IMG/VR virus record: IMGVR_UViG_3300013101_002049
Location: 64,001-128,000 of that record
Direction: 5' to 3' (one strand)
DNA length: 64,000 nt
From: a virus
In this document: piece after piece, positions 30,465 to 40,227 of the stretch
How the letters are laid out: each line of letters opens with the position of its first letter
Numbering within the stretch: the stretch's first letter is position 1
Notes under the pieces: generated by a model
The model's input: only the letters and a program-made list of their open reading frames with translations
Database searches by the model: none
What the model was told of the DNA's origin: nothing
Program-made: the position numbers and the translations under genes

Positions 30465-32495
30465 ATGGCATATGAAAAACCACCTATAAATAGAGTACCT
30501 TTTAGGTTTAGTTCAACTGGCTATTCAGCTCCAGATTTTAGTAATGAGCCATTTCAGTTCGGACTTAGACCTTCTCAGCAACAAACTGCTGATATGCGAG
30601 CTATGCTTGAGGTGTTTGGTAAATATTGCACCTCGACGTATACTTATGTTAAAGAAAGAAAAACATATGTTGTAGGTTACAGCGCTCACGGAGTACAAAT
30701 TTTAAAAGGTAAAACGATTTATGGTGGTATACGAGATCTTTGTGCATCGTTAGTAAGAACACCCCCATATTCAGATTTACCAGCATATATTTTTGTGGCC
30801 TATAATTTTCTTGATTTAAATGGTTATATAAAAGCTACTATACAAGCCTACGCTGATTTGGTGGCTGAAGTTTATGGCGTACCTCCGTCGGATTTACCAG
30901 CTTTTATACATGGTTTTGATACTAGAAATATCCCTGCTACTATTTATGGATGGGCTATAAAAGACCTACCGGCTTATATTGGTACTCATCCGCCAAGTGA
31001 TTTGGCGGCTATTTTAAATGTAATTGAAATAAGGAATTTGTCAGCGTCAATTACAGGTGAATGGTGGCACGGACAAGCTGATTTAGGGGCAGAATTTTAT
31101 CGTATATGGGATCGTAAATATAAAGATTTACAGGCAATTTTACATGGTTGGCAAGAAGTTAATTTACCAGCTTATATTACTGCGGTTTATTTTAAAGATA
31201 TTAATGCTCGAATTCAGAGTAGTACAATAGTTGATTTGTTAGCTTATTTAAGCGCAGTCGCGCCAGTAGATTTGTCCGCTTTAATACATGGATTCGATAC
31301 AAGAGATTTACCAGCTTATCTTACTGGTCAGTATGGTCCATATGATATACAAGCTTATTTGACCACTATACCTCCAAGAGATTTGAATGCGCGTATTAGA
31401 GGTTTTAAAGGAATAGAAGTTTCGTTTGATTTACAAGGTATAGTCGGTGGTTGGGGTATCGGTGATTTGTCAGCGTATATTAATTCTATTAACTCAGTAG
31501 ATTTGTCGGCGTATTTAAATCCTACAGGAAAGTCATCAGATATCGGTGCTTCAATTATACCTAATACCATTTTAATGAAACGAGCTATTCAGATCCCATT
31601 ATTGGAACATAAAGATTTGAATGCATTAGTTAATTTTATGTGTTTTGGGTCAGGATATAAAGATTTATCAGCTTATGTTTATACACTTTATAAGTTAGAT
31701 TTACCTGCTAATATTATAGGGTGGTATGGTAATACTTCTGATAATATTAAAGATTTAGGCGCTTATATAAATGCGGAAGATTATACCGTTCAAGATAAGT
31801 TTAATTTAAGATATGTTCCAGAGATAGATAAGTATTCAAGATTAAAATTAAAATTTGGTGTACATGATAAGTACACAACTTGGGATACATTTAGAATATT
31901 ATATGAAACTTATTATGCTAAAAATTTACCTGCCTCTATAACAGGTGTGTTAACAAGCAGTGATTTAGGTGCCAGTTTAACAGCGGTTTTTGATTGGAAT
32001 TACAGCGAATTGTCGGAATATGTTAAACCTAAAACACACGAAGTGTTTATTAATATGGACAGATTCGAAGATCAATGGCGACGTTTCGTAGAATTAATGT
32101 TTGATAGAACTGGAACCACTCCATTTGAATATTTTTATGTAAGTGGTACTCAGCGTGTATATAAAATTGATAGAACTCGTAAATGGACAATTTGGGTGGA
32201 TGGGTATAGTCGGACAGAAAATAGTTTGGTTGAACGGGTTAATGTTCGACGTAAATATATATTTAATATGTCGCAATACAATACCGTTGATGAGGCTATA
32301 AGAGAATTAATGGAACGAGCGGCTCATCCAAGACGGGTGGATTTACCTGCGACTATAAATGCATTTTTTGAACCCCATTCAGATTTAACAGCATCTATTG
32401 TTTCTATCGAGAAATACACTTGGGTTAAACATTTGACCGCTGAATTGAACGTAATTGAATATAAAGATTTGACCGCTGAAATAATTGGTAATTAA
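30465..32495 (+). CDS. DLxAxI-repeat putative fibre or stalk protein
   Basis: Roughly 30 repeats of 12-13 aa (DLPAYI, DLSAYI, DLGASL and variants); N-terminal YEKPP..FRF and YSAP..FQF. Confidence 0.6.
   Translation: MAYEKPPINRVPFRFSSTGYSAPDFSNEPFQFGLRPSQQQTADMRAMLEVFGKYCTSTYTYVKERKTYVVGYSAHGVQILKGKTIYGGIRDLCASLVRTPPYSDLPAYIFVAYNFLDLNGYIKATIQAYADLVAEVYGVPPSDLPAFIHGFDTRNIPATIYGWAIKDLPAYIGTHPPSDLAAILNVIEIRNLSASITGEWWHGQADLGAEFYRIWDRKYKDLQAILHGWQEVNLPAYITAVYFKDINARIQSSTIVDLLAYLSAVAPVDLSALIHGFDTRDLPAYLTGQYGPYDIQAYLTTIPPRDLNARIRGFKGIEVSFDLQGIVGGWGIGDLSAYINSINSVDLSAYLNPTGKSSDIGASIIPNTILMKRAIQIPLLEHKDLNALVNFMCFGSGYKDLSAYVYTLYKLDLPANIIGWYGNTSDNIKDLGAYINAEDYTVQDKFNLRYVPEIDKYSRLKLKFGVHDKYTTWDTFRILYETYYAKNLPASITGVLTSSDLGASLTAVFDWNYSELSEYVKPKTHEVFINMDRFEDQWRRFVELMFDRTGTTPFEYFYVSGTQRVYKIDRTRKWTIWVDGYSRTENSLVERVNVRRKYIFNMSQYNTVDEAIRELMERAAHPRRVDLPATINAFFEPHSDLTASIVSIEKYTWVKHLTAELNVIEYKDLTAEIIGN
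32431..32480 (+). repeat. 14-bp direct repeat ATTTGACCGCTGAA with a 36-bp period
   Basis: Copies at 32431-32444 and 32467-32480 encode the last two 12-aa repeat units. Confidence 0.8.
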
Positions 32496-32507
32496 GTCAT
32501 TTTTTGT

Positions 32508-32539
32508 CTAGCAAAATACGAATTTTATTCTATAATATA
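32508..32539 (+). promoter_or_regulatory. Putative phage promoter CTAGCA-N17-TATAAT
   Basis: CTAGCA at 32508-32513 and TATAAT at 32531-32536, upstream of thyA at the structural/replication boundary. Confidence 0.7.
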
Positions 32540-32572
32540 GTTGAATCTCAATGATACAGGAGATAAAACTAT

Positions 32573-33226
32573 ATGAAATTAGAGTTTATTGAGGCAACAA
32601 CTATTCCAGATAGTTGGTTTCAATCTGTTTATAAAATATTGGATTCTGGTAGAATTTATATAATAGATAGAGGCAGTTATGAAGGTCAACAGCGGTTAGA
32701 ATTCGATCATATTACTATTCGTATAAAATACCCCAATTCAAGACCCCTTCTTCCAGAATGTCCCCCTGGATGTGGTGTACCTAATCCTGCATCCAATGAT
32801 TATCTTGAGGAATATCTTCCTTATTTATTCACATCTTATAAACCAGCTAATACAATTTACACTTATGGTTCTTATCTTGAAAAACAAATAGAAAAAGTTA
32901 TAGAAATATTTTCTAAAGGCTATCATGGTACCAATCAGGCTTGTATGACTGTTGGTGATACTGATTCTATTTTTCAATCTGATCCAGCTTGTTTGAAGAT
33001 AATAGACTGTAGGGTTATAGACGATAAGTTAAATTTTATAATTTATTTTAGATCCAATGATTTATGGAATGGGTACCCAGTTAATATAGCTTCTTTACAG
33101 TTATTAAAGGAATATATTGCTGAGGCATCCGGATTGGAAGATGGTGAAATAATATATAATAGTAAAGGTCTTCATTTATATAATCATGTGTGGGATATTG
33201 CTAAAGTAGTGGTGAATCATGAATAG
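32573..33226 (+). CDS. thyA: Thymidylate synthase (short ThyA-family type)
   Basis: Catalytic PAC, FRSND, PVNIASL (Asn, dUMP-specifying) and GLHLY. Confidence 0.85.
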   Translation: MKLEFIEATTIPDSWFQSVYKILDSGRIYIIDRGSYEGQQRLEFDHITIRIKYPNSRPLLPECPPGCGVPNPASNDYLEEYLPYLFTSYKPANTIYTYGSYLEKQIEKVIEIFSKGYHGTNQACMTVGDTDSIFQSDPACLKIIDCRVIDDKLNFIIYFRSNDLWNGYPVNIASLQLLKEYIAEASGLEDGEIIYNSKGLHLYNHVWDIAKVVVNHE

Positions 33227-33307
33227 TGGTAGTGTAAATATATCTATAGTAAATTTGATAAATTTTGGAAATTCCTATAATAATGGTTGTATATTAGGAG
33301 TTAAAAA

Positions 33308-33592
33308 ATGGTTGGTGAAGAAGAACTTGATAAATTATATAAAGATTGCGTAGAAACTTGGGGGGTTGAGGCCCAGTTGAGACAAGCGCAAGAGGAATGT
33401 GCTGAATTAATTATCGCTGTAAACCATTTTTTTAGAAATAGAAAAAGTGGTTTGGATGAGATAATTGAGGAATCTGCTGATGTTTTTTTAATGGTTAATC
33501 AAGTTATGGAAATAGTAGGTAGGGATAAGGTTATGGAAGTCGTATCTTATAAAGCAGGTAGGACTAACAGATTGTTAAAAGGAGATAGTTAG
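33308..33592 (+). CDS. MazG-like nucleotide pyrophosphohydrolase
   Basis: QAQEECAELI...IIEESADV (EExxE..ExxD). Confidence 0.75.
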   Translation: MVGEEELDKLYKDCVETWGVEAQLRQAQEECAELIIAVNHFFRNRKSGLDEIIEESADVFLMVNQVMEIVGRDKVMEVVSYKAGRTNRLLKGDS

Positions 33593-33593
33593 T

Positions 33594-34724
33594 ATGGAAT
33601 TTACAATACCAGTTGAGACATTACAGAATGTTGTAAGCAGAATGTCTCATATAATTAAATTGACTTCTGATGATGTAACTAGTATGATGTCAATCGAAGT
33701 CTATGATGATAGAGTTAAGTTTTGTGGTACAGGTGGCGCAGTGCATGTAGTTATGACTGCAAGAGATTGTGAAATTACAGATAAAGGTAAAATTTTATTA
33801 CAGTTACGTGACGTTAGTAATTATGTAGGGAAATTTGTACCACTCAGCGATGGTTTTGGAACAGAAAGTTTTAAAATTATAGCGGATGACAGGGAGGGGT
33901 TTATCAAAACAAAAACACATTTTGTATCTGGAAAACCTTCCTATAGGAAGCTAAAATTTAAGACATTTAATACTGGATTACTACCAGCAATTAAAGATTT
34001 TGATGATGCTCAGTTAATCGTAAATAGTGATATTTTATTGGAAGGTCTTAGTAAAATTGTTCATTGTGTTGATCCAGGAGAAATACGTGAAGCTCTTGCG
34101 GGGGTATATATCGCAATAGATCAAGACAAAATAGTCTTTGCTGGTACAAATGGCATCAAATTAGCCGAAGCAAGATTAAATATTGTTGCAGATATAAAAC
34201 AAGCTCAATATGTTTTAAAGTTCTCTATGGCTAATGCGATGAAGCAGTTGTTAGACCATAATTCACAGGTATTTATGAAGTTCGAAGGTAAAGATGTTTA
34301 CATTAAGTGTAATGATGTGTATATTTCTGGTGGTTTAGTTTTGAATGAACCATATCCGGATTACAAATCTACATTAAAATCATACGAAAAGATTATATCA
34401 ATACCACGATATGATTTGGTTGATAGTGTATCAGCTTCTATCGGTGTTTTAGATCCTGAAGATAATAATCGTTTAACGATAAGATTTGAAGGTAATAAAA
34501 TGATGTTGAAGAACGATAGGGTAGAAGCTGTTCATGAATTTGATTATCAATTTGAGCATGATTTAGATGTGGATATAAATGGGTCTTATTTGTTGTCTAT
34601 GATTACTAATTTCATAGGTGAAAATTTAGAAATATGTTTTATTGATAACAACAAACCAATTATTTTTAGGTCTAAAGATAATCCTGATCATACCGCTTTG
34701 TTGATGTTATTAAGGAGACGTTAA
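33594..34724 (+). CDS. dnaN: DNA polymerase III beta-type sliding clamp
   Basis: 376 aa. MEFTI start; REALAGVYI..FAGTNGIKLA; YPDYK; INGSYLL; KPIIF..LLMLLR C-terminus. Confidence 0.85.
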   Translation: MEFTIPVETLQNVVSRMSHIIKLTSDDVTSMMSIEVYDDRVKFCGTGGAVHVVMTARDCEITDKGKILLQLRDVSNYVGKFVPLSDGFGTESFKIIADDREGFIKTKTHFVSGKPSYRKLKFKTFNTGLLPAIKDFDDAQLIVNSDILLEGLSKIVHCVDPGEIREALAGVYIAIDQDKIVFAGTNGIKLAEARLNIVADIKQAQYVLKFSMANAMKQLLDHNSQVFMKFEGKDVYIKCNDVYISGGLVLNEPYPDYKSTLKSYEKIISIPRYDLVDSVSASIGVLDPEDNNRLTIRFEGNKMMLKNDRVEAVHEFDYQFEHDLDVDINGSYLLSMITNFIGENLEICFIDNNKPIIFRSKDNPDHTALLMLLRRR

Positions 34725-35290
34725 TGATTGAAGATCAAACTAATTTATTTTCCGATGGGAAATCTATTGAAGAGGCTCGCATTGATGCTGCTAAAGATAT
34801 ATTGCTTGCGGCAGGATATCGTATAATTGATCCTATAATGATTAATGATCAGATAACAACACAAAAATGTTTGAGGGATTATTTTTATATGCGTTTGGAT
34901 TCTAAATATCCAAATAGACGTTTATTACGCCAGCCTAATATAAAATATGATATGCAGATGATTAGTCGATTTGTTAAATCTCAAATGGACGGTGCTAGTG
35001 AGAAACGTGCAATACAGGAATGTGTTAGAATTATTGATGCATTATTTAATTATGAGGAAGAATTTAATTTTAAATATCCTATATCTGATATAGGCATTTT
35101 AGGTCAAGGTAAATTGGCGTGGATTACAGAAAAAGCTCTTATAATTCTTGATAAAAAACGTCATGAGAAAATTGAAAAAGAAATGTATAAAAAAGCCGAT
35201 GAAATAGAAAATGCTTGTGATGTTGATGTGGAAGAAAGAATACGTAGTTTAGACGCTTTGTTAGAAAATATGGGGGCTAATAATGGTTAA
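34724..35290 (+). CDS. Hypothetical protein with an N-terminal clamp-binding-like motif (QTNLF)
   Basis: 188 aa ORF overlapping the dnaN stop codon (TAATG). Confidence 0.6.
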   Translation: MIEDQTNLFSDGKSIEEARIDAAKDILLAAGYRIIDPIMINDQITTQKCLRDYFYMRLDSKYPNRRLLRQPNIKYDMQMISRFVKSQMDGASEKRAIQECVRIIDALFNYEEEFNFKYPISDIGILGQGKLAWITEKALIILDKKRHEKIEKEMYKKADEIENACDVDVEERIRSLDALLENMGANNG

Positions 35291-36329
35291 AAAGAAAGAA
35301 AAGGATAAGGAAAAGCCTAAAAAAATGGTTAATTTGTTACAACTTGCTGAAAAAACCATTGAAAAAAAGTATGGTAAGGGCATAATTAGCAGTTTAGGTG
35401 AGCATGAGGACTTAATTATAGATGCTATTTCAACCGGTTGTTTATCATTGGATGCGGCTTTAGGCATTGGGGGGTTTGCTCGAGGTCGTTTGTATGAGGT
35501 GTTTGGTCCTCATAGTAGTGGTAAATCTACCTTAGCACTTAGTGTTATTATGCAAGCATTATTAAGATCTTTGGTAGTAGTGTATATAGATGCTGAACAT
35601 GCTCTTGATCCTAAATTGGTAAGAAATATGGGAAAACAAGTCGGGGTGGATGCAGACCAGATCAAACTAGTGCAAGCATATACTGGTGACGATAATTTAC
35701 AAATTGCGGAAGAGTTAATGAAAACTGGCGAAGTAGATATTGTTGTTGTTGATAGTGTATCGGCACTTTTACCAAAAGGCATGGCTGAGGGTGAGATTGG
35801 TGATAATTATATTGGCCAATTAGCAAGGTTGATGAGTAAAGCTTGTAATAAACTTACACCGGTAGCTAATCGCACTAATACTCTTTTAATTTTTATTAAT
35901 CAGATTAGACATGATATTGGTAAATGGGGTGATAGTCGAGTACCTACAGGTGGAGAGGCATTGGCTTTTTATGCAACTGGACGTATACGTGTTGAAGGTG
36001 GTGAAAGTAAATCCACACGTATTTTGAATGATGATGGTGTGGTAATCGGTCATGAAAGTAATTTTTTAGTGATAAAAAACAAACTTGCTGCTCCTTGGAG
36101 AACAGCTAAAATAAATTTGATTTATGGACAGGGGTATGATTTTGCAGCTGAAGTAGTAAATTTATCTATTGATTTTGGTCTTATAGAACAATCTGGTGCG
36201 TGGTTTGAGGCTGATGGTTATCGTATACAAGGTAAGAAGAATTTGGTTGATTTATTTAGGGAAAAACCTGAATTGTATACTGATTATCGTAGTAAATGCA
36301 TGGCTATGGTGGGGCTAAAAGATGAGTAA
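35283..36329 (+). CDS. recA: RecA recombinase
   Basis: ISTGCLSLDAALGIGG, GPHSSGKST, IDAEHALDP, VVVDSVSAL, ARLMS, FINQIR, GGEALAFYA, KNKLAAP. Confidence 0.97.
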   Translation: MVKKKEKDKEKPKKMVNLLQLAEKTIEKKYGKGIISSLGEHEDLIIDAISTGCLSLDAALGIGGFARGRLYEVFGPHSSGKSTLALSVIMQALLRSLVVVYIDAEHALDPKLVRNMGKQVGVDADQIKLVQAYTGDDNLQIAEELMKTGEVDIVVVDSVSALLPKGMAEGEIGDNYIGQLARLMSKACNKLTPVANRTNTLLIFINQIRHDIGKWGDSRVPTGGEALAFYATGRIRVEGGESKSTRILNDDGVVIGHESNFLVIKNKLAAPWRTAKINLIYGQGYDFAAEVVNLSIDFGLIEQSGAWFEADGYRIQGKKNLVDLFREKPELYTDYRSKCMAMVGLKDE

Positions 36330-36666
36330 GCAATCCAATGACATTTACGATTTGTTAGTTAAAACATTTCCATATAGTATAGTGAAAAAGGAATATTATA
36401 TTAAATACAAAGGGCAAAAATTGTTTTTTGATTTTTATGTCAAGGACTTTAATTTATTGTTTGAAGTTCAAGGTCGGCAGCATAGTGAATATGTAAGTCA
36501 TTTTCACGGCAATCGTCAGGGATTTCTGGAAACTAAACGGCGTGATAATCTCAAAATTCAGTATTGTCAAGAAAATGATTTGGATTTAATAACGATTAAC
36601 TATGATGAAGAAATAATTACATCAGATGAATTGATTGAAAAGATAAATAGTATATTGAGTCGATAG
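36322..36666 (+). CDS. Vsr/DUF559-like endonuclease
   Basis: LFFDFYV..LFEVQGRQH..RDNLKIQYC. Confidence 0.7.
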   Translation: MSKQSNDIYDLLVKTFPYSIVKKEYYIKYKGQKLFFDFYVKDFNLLFEVQGRQHSEYVSHFHGNRQGFLETKRRDNLKIQYCQENDLDLITINYDEEIITSDELIEKINSILSR

Positions 36667-36679
36667 AGGTAATATTTTT

Positions 36680-36937
36680 ATGGTAGATATAATAATTAAA
36701 GATCAGAAAGATGATATATTAGATAAAGATTGCCCTGATTTTGTTTCGTTGGAAGATGGAACAATAATAGGTGATAAGAAATATTGTAATCTTTCATTTC
36801 AATGTAAACAAATTGGTTTTTACTCTGAGTATTGTGAATTTTTTGATGAAGAAGGTAATGTGGTACTTAAAGATTATCTATGTACTGGTAAAAGGTTGAA
36901 GCCAGGGGAAGCCACTAAAGATGAGGAAGCCAGATAA
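36680..36937 (+). CDS. Small Cys-containing hypothetical protein
   Basis: 85 aa ORF with a GAGG RBS, translationally coupled to the next gene. Confidence 0.55.
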   Translation: MVDIIIKDQKDDILDKDCPDFVSLEDGTIIGDKKYCNLSFQCKQIGFYSEYCEFFDEEGNVVLKDYLCTGKRLKPGEATKDEEAR

Positions 36938-37407
36938 TGAATATGCCTGATTATTTAAAGCGACGTTCAGAAGAACTTTTACTTGACAAGATGCCAAGGA
37001 ATGGACATATTATGGATGAAATATTTCAATTTGATGTAAGGAATTTGGAATCAACCACTTCGCTTAAAATAAGTCAGTTTGTTATTGGTTTATCTCAGTT
37101 TTTGATTTACTTTGGCTCACAGATTAACCAAACTAAAGTAGCATTGATGCGGAAACGTAATGTAATTGATTCATATATAGATAAATCTGATATAAAGGCT
37201 AGAACTAAAGCTGAAAAGCGCTGTAAGGTTATTGATTCTAATCCAGAATTACAGCAGATTGAATTGGGTATAGAATTAGCCGAACAAGAGTTAGCATTGG
37301 TTGAAAATAGAGAGAAGTATTTAATAGAATTAATTAATAGTTTTAAACGTGAACTGACTCGTCGCGAAAATGAATTAAAATTAATTAGAACTGAGAGAAG
37401 ATCATAA
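36937..37407 (+). CDS. Helical hypothetical protein, possibly a UvsY-like recombination mediator
   Basis: 156 aa with a coiled-coil pattern, lying between recA and dnaB. Function is inferred from size and context only. Confidence 0.45.
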   Translation: MNMPDYLKRRSEELLLDKMPRNGHIMDEIFQFDVRNLESTTSLKISQFVIGLSQFLIYFGSQINQTKVALMRKRNVIDSYIDKSDIKARTKAEKRCKVIDSNPELQQIELGIELAEQELALVENREKYLIELINSFKRELTRRENELKLIRTERRS

Positions 37408-38861
37408 TGAGTGAGGGTATCAAAAATTTATTTTGCCGTGCTATATATGAACGTGCAGTTTTAGCGTATTGTTTTAGATCAGCCGATAATTATTATACAA
37501 TTACGTCTATAGTTTCTGGTGATGATTTTCTTAGTCCTGAGCATAAACTTATTTTCACTATTTTAGGAACATTAATCAAGCGCGGCGTATCATCATTCGA
37601 TAGTACTTTGGTAATTAATGAGGCTAAAACTGATGGTGTTTTAAAGCAAGTTGGTGGATATGAGTATGTAGATGCTGTTATAGGTACAGATGTAAGTGAT
37701 GGTAATTTAGAATATTATGTTAAAAAATTACTTGATGCAAGCACGAAATACAAACTTTATAATCGCTTAAAAAAGCACTGCCGTACTTTAGAAGATAAAG
37801 CACAAGACGAAGATATCACTTCTGATAATTTGATGAATTTGGCTGAGTCAGATATTATGGATTTGTCGATGCAATCAAAGTTTGTTAAAGAACCCAAAAA
37901 TTTATCTGATGGTTTGGAAGAATATATTGAAGAGCGACGTAATAATCCGATTGAATATTGTGGTATTAGTAGTGGTTTTCCGATAGTTGATAAGCGCATA
38001 GATGGATTAGTTCCTGGAACATTACATGTTATTTGTGCTCGACCAAAAGAAGGTAAGAGTACGTTTTTATCTTGTGTAAGTTCCTATGTAGCTTATAATT
38101 TGCGTAAGCCGGTATTATACGTGGATACTGAAATGCCTTTTGAACAATGGCGAGATAGAATAGTTTCAATGCTTTCTGGTGTTCCTGAAAGACGTGTAAA
38201 ACATGGTGGATATAACGATGATGAATATGAACGTATATCAAAAGCATTAACTCTCATCAAAGGTAGTAAATTGTTCCATGAATTTATGCCTGGTTATGAT
38301 GTTGATAAATTAATATCAGTTTATAAAAAGTATAAGTATAAAGAAGATATTGGTTTAGCAGTCTTTGATTACATTAAAGCACCTTCTGGATCAGATTTTC
38401 AGAATAAGAAGGAGTATCAAATCATCGGCGATGTAACCACTGCATTGAAAGATTTGTCAGGTGAATTAGATATACCAGTATTGGCTGCTAATCAGATTAA
38501 TCGACAAGAAGATATTGCTGATAGTGATAGAGTATTGAGATATGCAGATGTTATAGCTTTTTTTCGAAGACGTACTGCTGAAGAGTTAAAGGATATTGAA
38601 GATAAATACGCGCCATTTCATAATGATTACGGTACGTATAAGTTGTGGATAAAAGAAAGTCGTAGGGGTGGTCATACACCACCCGACGGTATTGGGTTTT
38701 CATTTAAAAAACGAATGTTATTGGTGCATGAATCTAAGCGACAACTGATAGATTACGATAGTTCTGAATATAATGAAAAAGAGGAAGTTGAAGATGAACA
38801 CAGTACTCCAGATGCAACCGACAGCACAGTGGAGAAAGCCGATGGAAAGTCGTATTTCTAA
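37407..38861 (+). CDS. dnaB: Replicative DnaB-like helicase
   Basis: ERAVLA..DFLSPEHKLIF, GISSGFPIVDKRIDGL, ARPKEGKS, DTEM, VFDYI, LKDLSGELDIPVLAANQINR. Confidence 0.93.
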   Translation: MSEGIKNLFCRAIYERAVLAYCFRSADNYYTITSIVSGDDFLSPEHKLIFTILGTLIKRGVSSFDSTLVINEAKTDGVLKQVGGYEYVDAVIGTDVSDGNLEYYVKKLLDASTKYKLYNRLKKHCRTLEDKAQDEDITSDNLMNLAESDIMDLSMQSKFVKEPKNLSDGLEEYIEERRNNPIEYCGISSGFPIVDKRIDGLVPGTLHVICARPKEGKSTFLSCVSSYVAYNLRKPVLYVDTEMPFEQWRDRIVSMLSGVPERRVKHGGYNDDEYERISKALTLIKGSKLFHEFMPGYDVDKLISVYKKYKYKEDIGLAVFDYIKAPSGSDFQNKKEYQIIGDVTTALKDLSGELDIPVLAANQINRQEDIADSDRVLRYADVIAFFRRRTAEELKDIEDKYAPFHNDYGTYKLWIKESRRGGHTPPDGIGFSFKKRMLLVHESKRQLIDYDSSEYNEKEEVEDEHSTPDATDSTVEKADGKSYF

Positions 38862-39864
38862 AGAGGAGTTTAATTATAGATTAACACGGTTACAGGAAGC
38901 CGTAGATGCTGAACAGTTGTTGCGTTTATTGGGTTTTCAAATAACTCGTGTAACTGAAAGAGAAGTACGTGCCCCATGTGCTGTTCATGGTGGTGATAAT
39001 AAAACGGCGTTTAGAATGAATAAAGATACTAAAAGATGGGTGTGTTTTTCTCATCAATGCCACGAAGATATTGGATTCGGTGTAATCGATTTAGTAAAAC
39101 ATATGCTAAATATGAATTTTGCTGAAGCGGTCAAATATTTAGAAAGTATTACTGGTATAGATATTCATGATGAATCTGACTATGTTGAATATCAACGACA
39201 AAAAGAACGACAGGAAGTTATACATCAAGCTGATAATCGTAAAATACCACTAGCATTAATTGATGAGTCGTTTTTAAATAGTTTCGGGAAGTTTAGATCT
39301 GATTATTTTGAACACGAAGAAAATGGTGGTTTTTCAAAAGAATTATTAGATCTATTTGAAATAGGTGGTGGTTACGTTGATAAATTTGGATTTCAACGAG
39401 ATGTTATACCAATACACGATGTTAATGGTAGATTATTAGCATACAGTGCTCGAGATATTACTGGAAAAGCGGATTATGATTATAAGTATTTACTAACTGA
39501 AGGATTTGACAAAGATAAAGTTTTATATAATCTGTTTCGAGCAAAAGATTATATGACAGAATCTCGTATTATTATTGTTGTTGAAGGGTTTAAATCTGTT
39601 TGGAATTTACATCGATCAGGATATAAAAATGTTGTTGCGTGTATGGGTAGTACTATTACATCTGGACAACAGAATTTATTATATAAACATGCTTTTAAAG
39701 TAATAACTTTATTTGATGGGGATGAAGCAGGCATCAAAGGTACTCTTAGGGCTTTGAATGATATGAAAGGTAAGATAGATATAATACCACTATTTATACC
39801 ATATGCTGAAAAAGATCCAGGAGATCTTACTATAAACGAACTACATGGTATTTTAAGGAGATAG
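38797..39864 (+). CDS. dnaG: DNA primase (zinc finger plus TOPRIM); start uncertain (38773, 38797 or 38842)
   Basis: CAVHGGDN..WVCFSHQC, KYL, LYNL, IVVEGFKSV, LFDGDEAG, KDPGD. Confidence 0.9.
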   Translation, partial: NTVLQMQPTAQWRKPMESRISKEEFNYRLTRLQEAVDAEQLLRLLGFQITRVTEREVRAPCAVHGGDNKTAFRMNKDTKRWVCFSHQCHEDIGFGVIDLVKHMLNMNFAEAVKYLESITGIDIHDESDYVEYQRQKERQEVIHQADNRKIPLALIDESFLNSFGKFRSDYFEHEENGGFSKELLDLFEIGGGYVDKFGFQRDVIPIHDVNGRLLAYSARDITGKADYDYKYLLTEGFDKDKVLYNLFRAKDYMTESRIIIVVEGFKSVWNLHRSGYKNVVACMGSTITSGQQNLLYKHAFKVITLFDGDEAGIKGTLRALNDMKGKIDIIPLFIPYAEKDPGDLTINELHGILRR

Positions 39865-39866
39865 CG

Positions 39867-40226
39867 ATGAAAGATTCTTTTAAAAAGGTGATTGGCACAC
39901 CTACTATGATGATGTTACCAGCAAGAAATTATACATTTAAAGTTTTTGAAGAAGATTATAGTATAATTTTACCGAGAAAAGGTAAATACAAAGATTTTGA
40001 TGATGAGTTATTTAGTGAAGAAGATGGTGAATTCAATATAATGGATCATATAAGTGAAGAAACTGGTCATGTATTGTTTATGCCGTCATTATCAAAAGTT
40101 TTGTTTGCTACTGCACAGTATCCAGATTTAGAAGAAGATCAAGCTTTTGTGCCTGTTGCGTTAATTATTCGTAACGAAGAGGTAGAAATTTTAGGTAATG
40201 TAATTCAGATGATAAAGGAGAATTAA
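39867..40226 (+). CDS. Hypothetical protein
   Basis: 119 aa ORF with an AGGAG RBS. Confidence 0.6.
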   Translation: MKDSFKKVIGTPTMMMLPARNYTFKVFEEDYSIILPRKGKYKDFDDELFSEEDGEFNIMDHISEETGHVLFMPSLSKVLFATAQYPDLEEDQAFVPVALIIRNEEVEILGNVIQMIKEN

Positions 40227-40227
40227 T

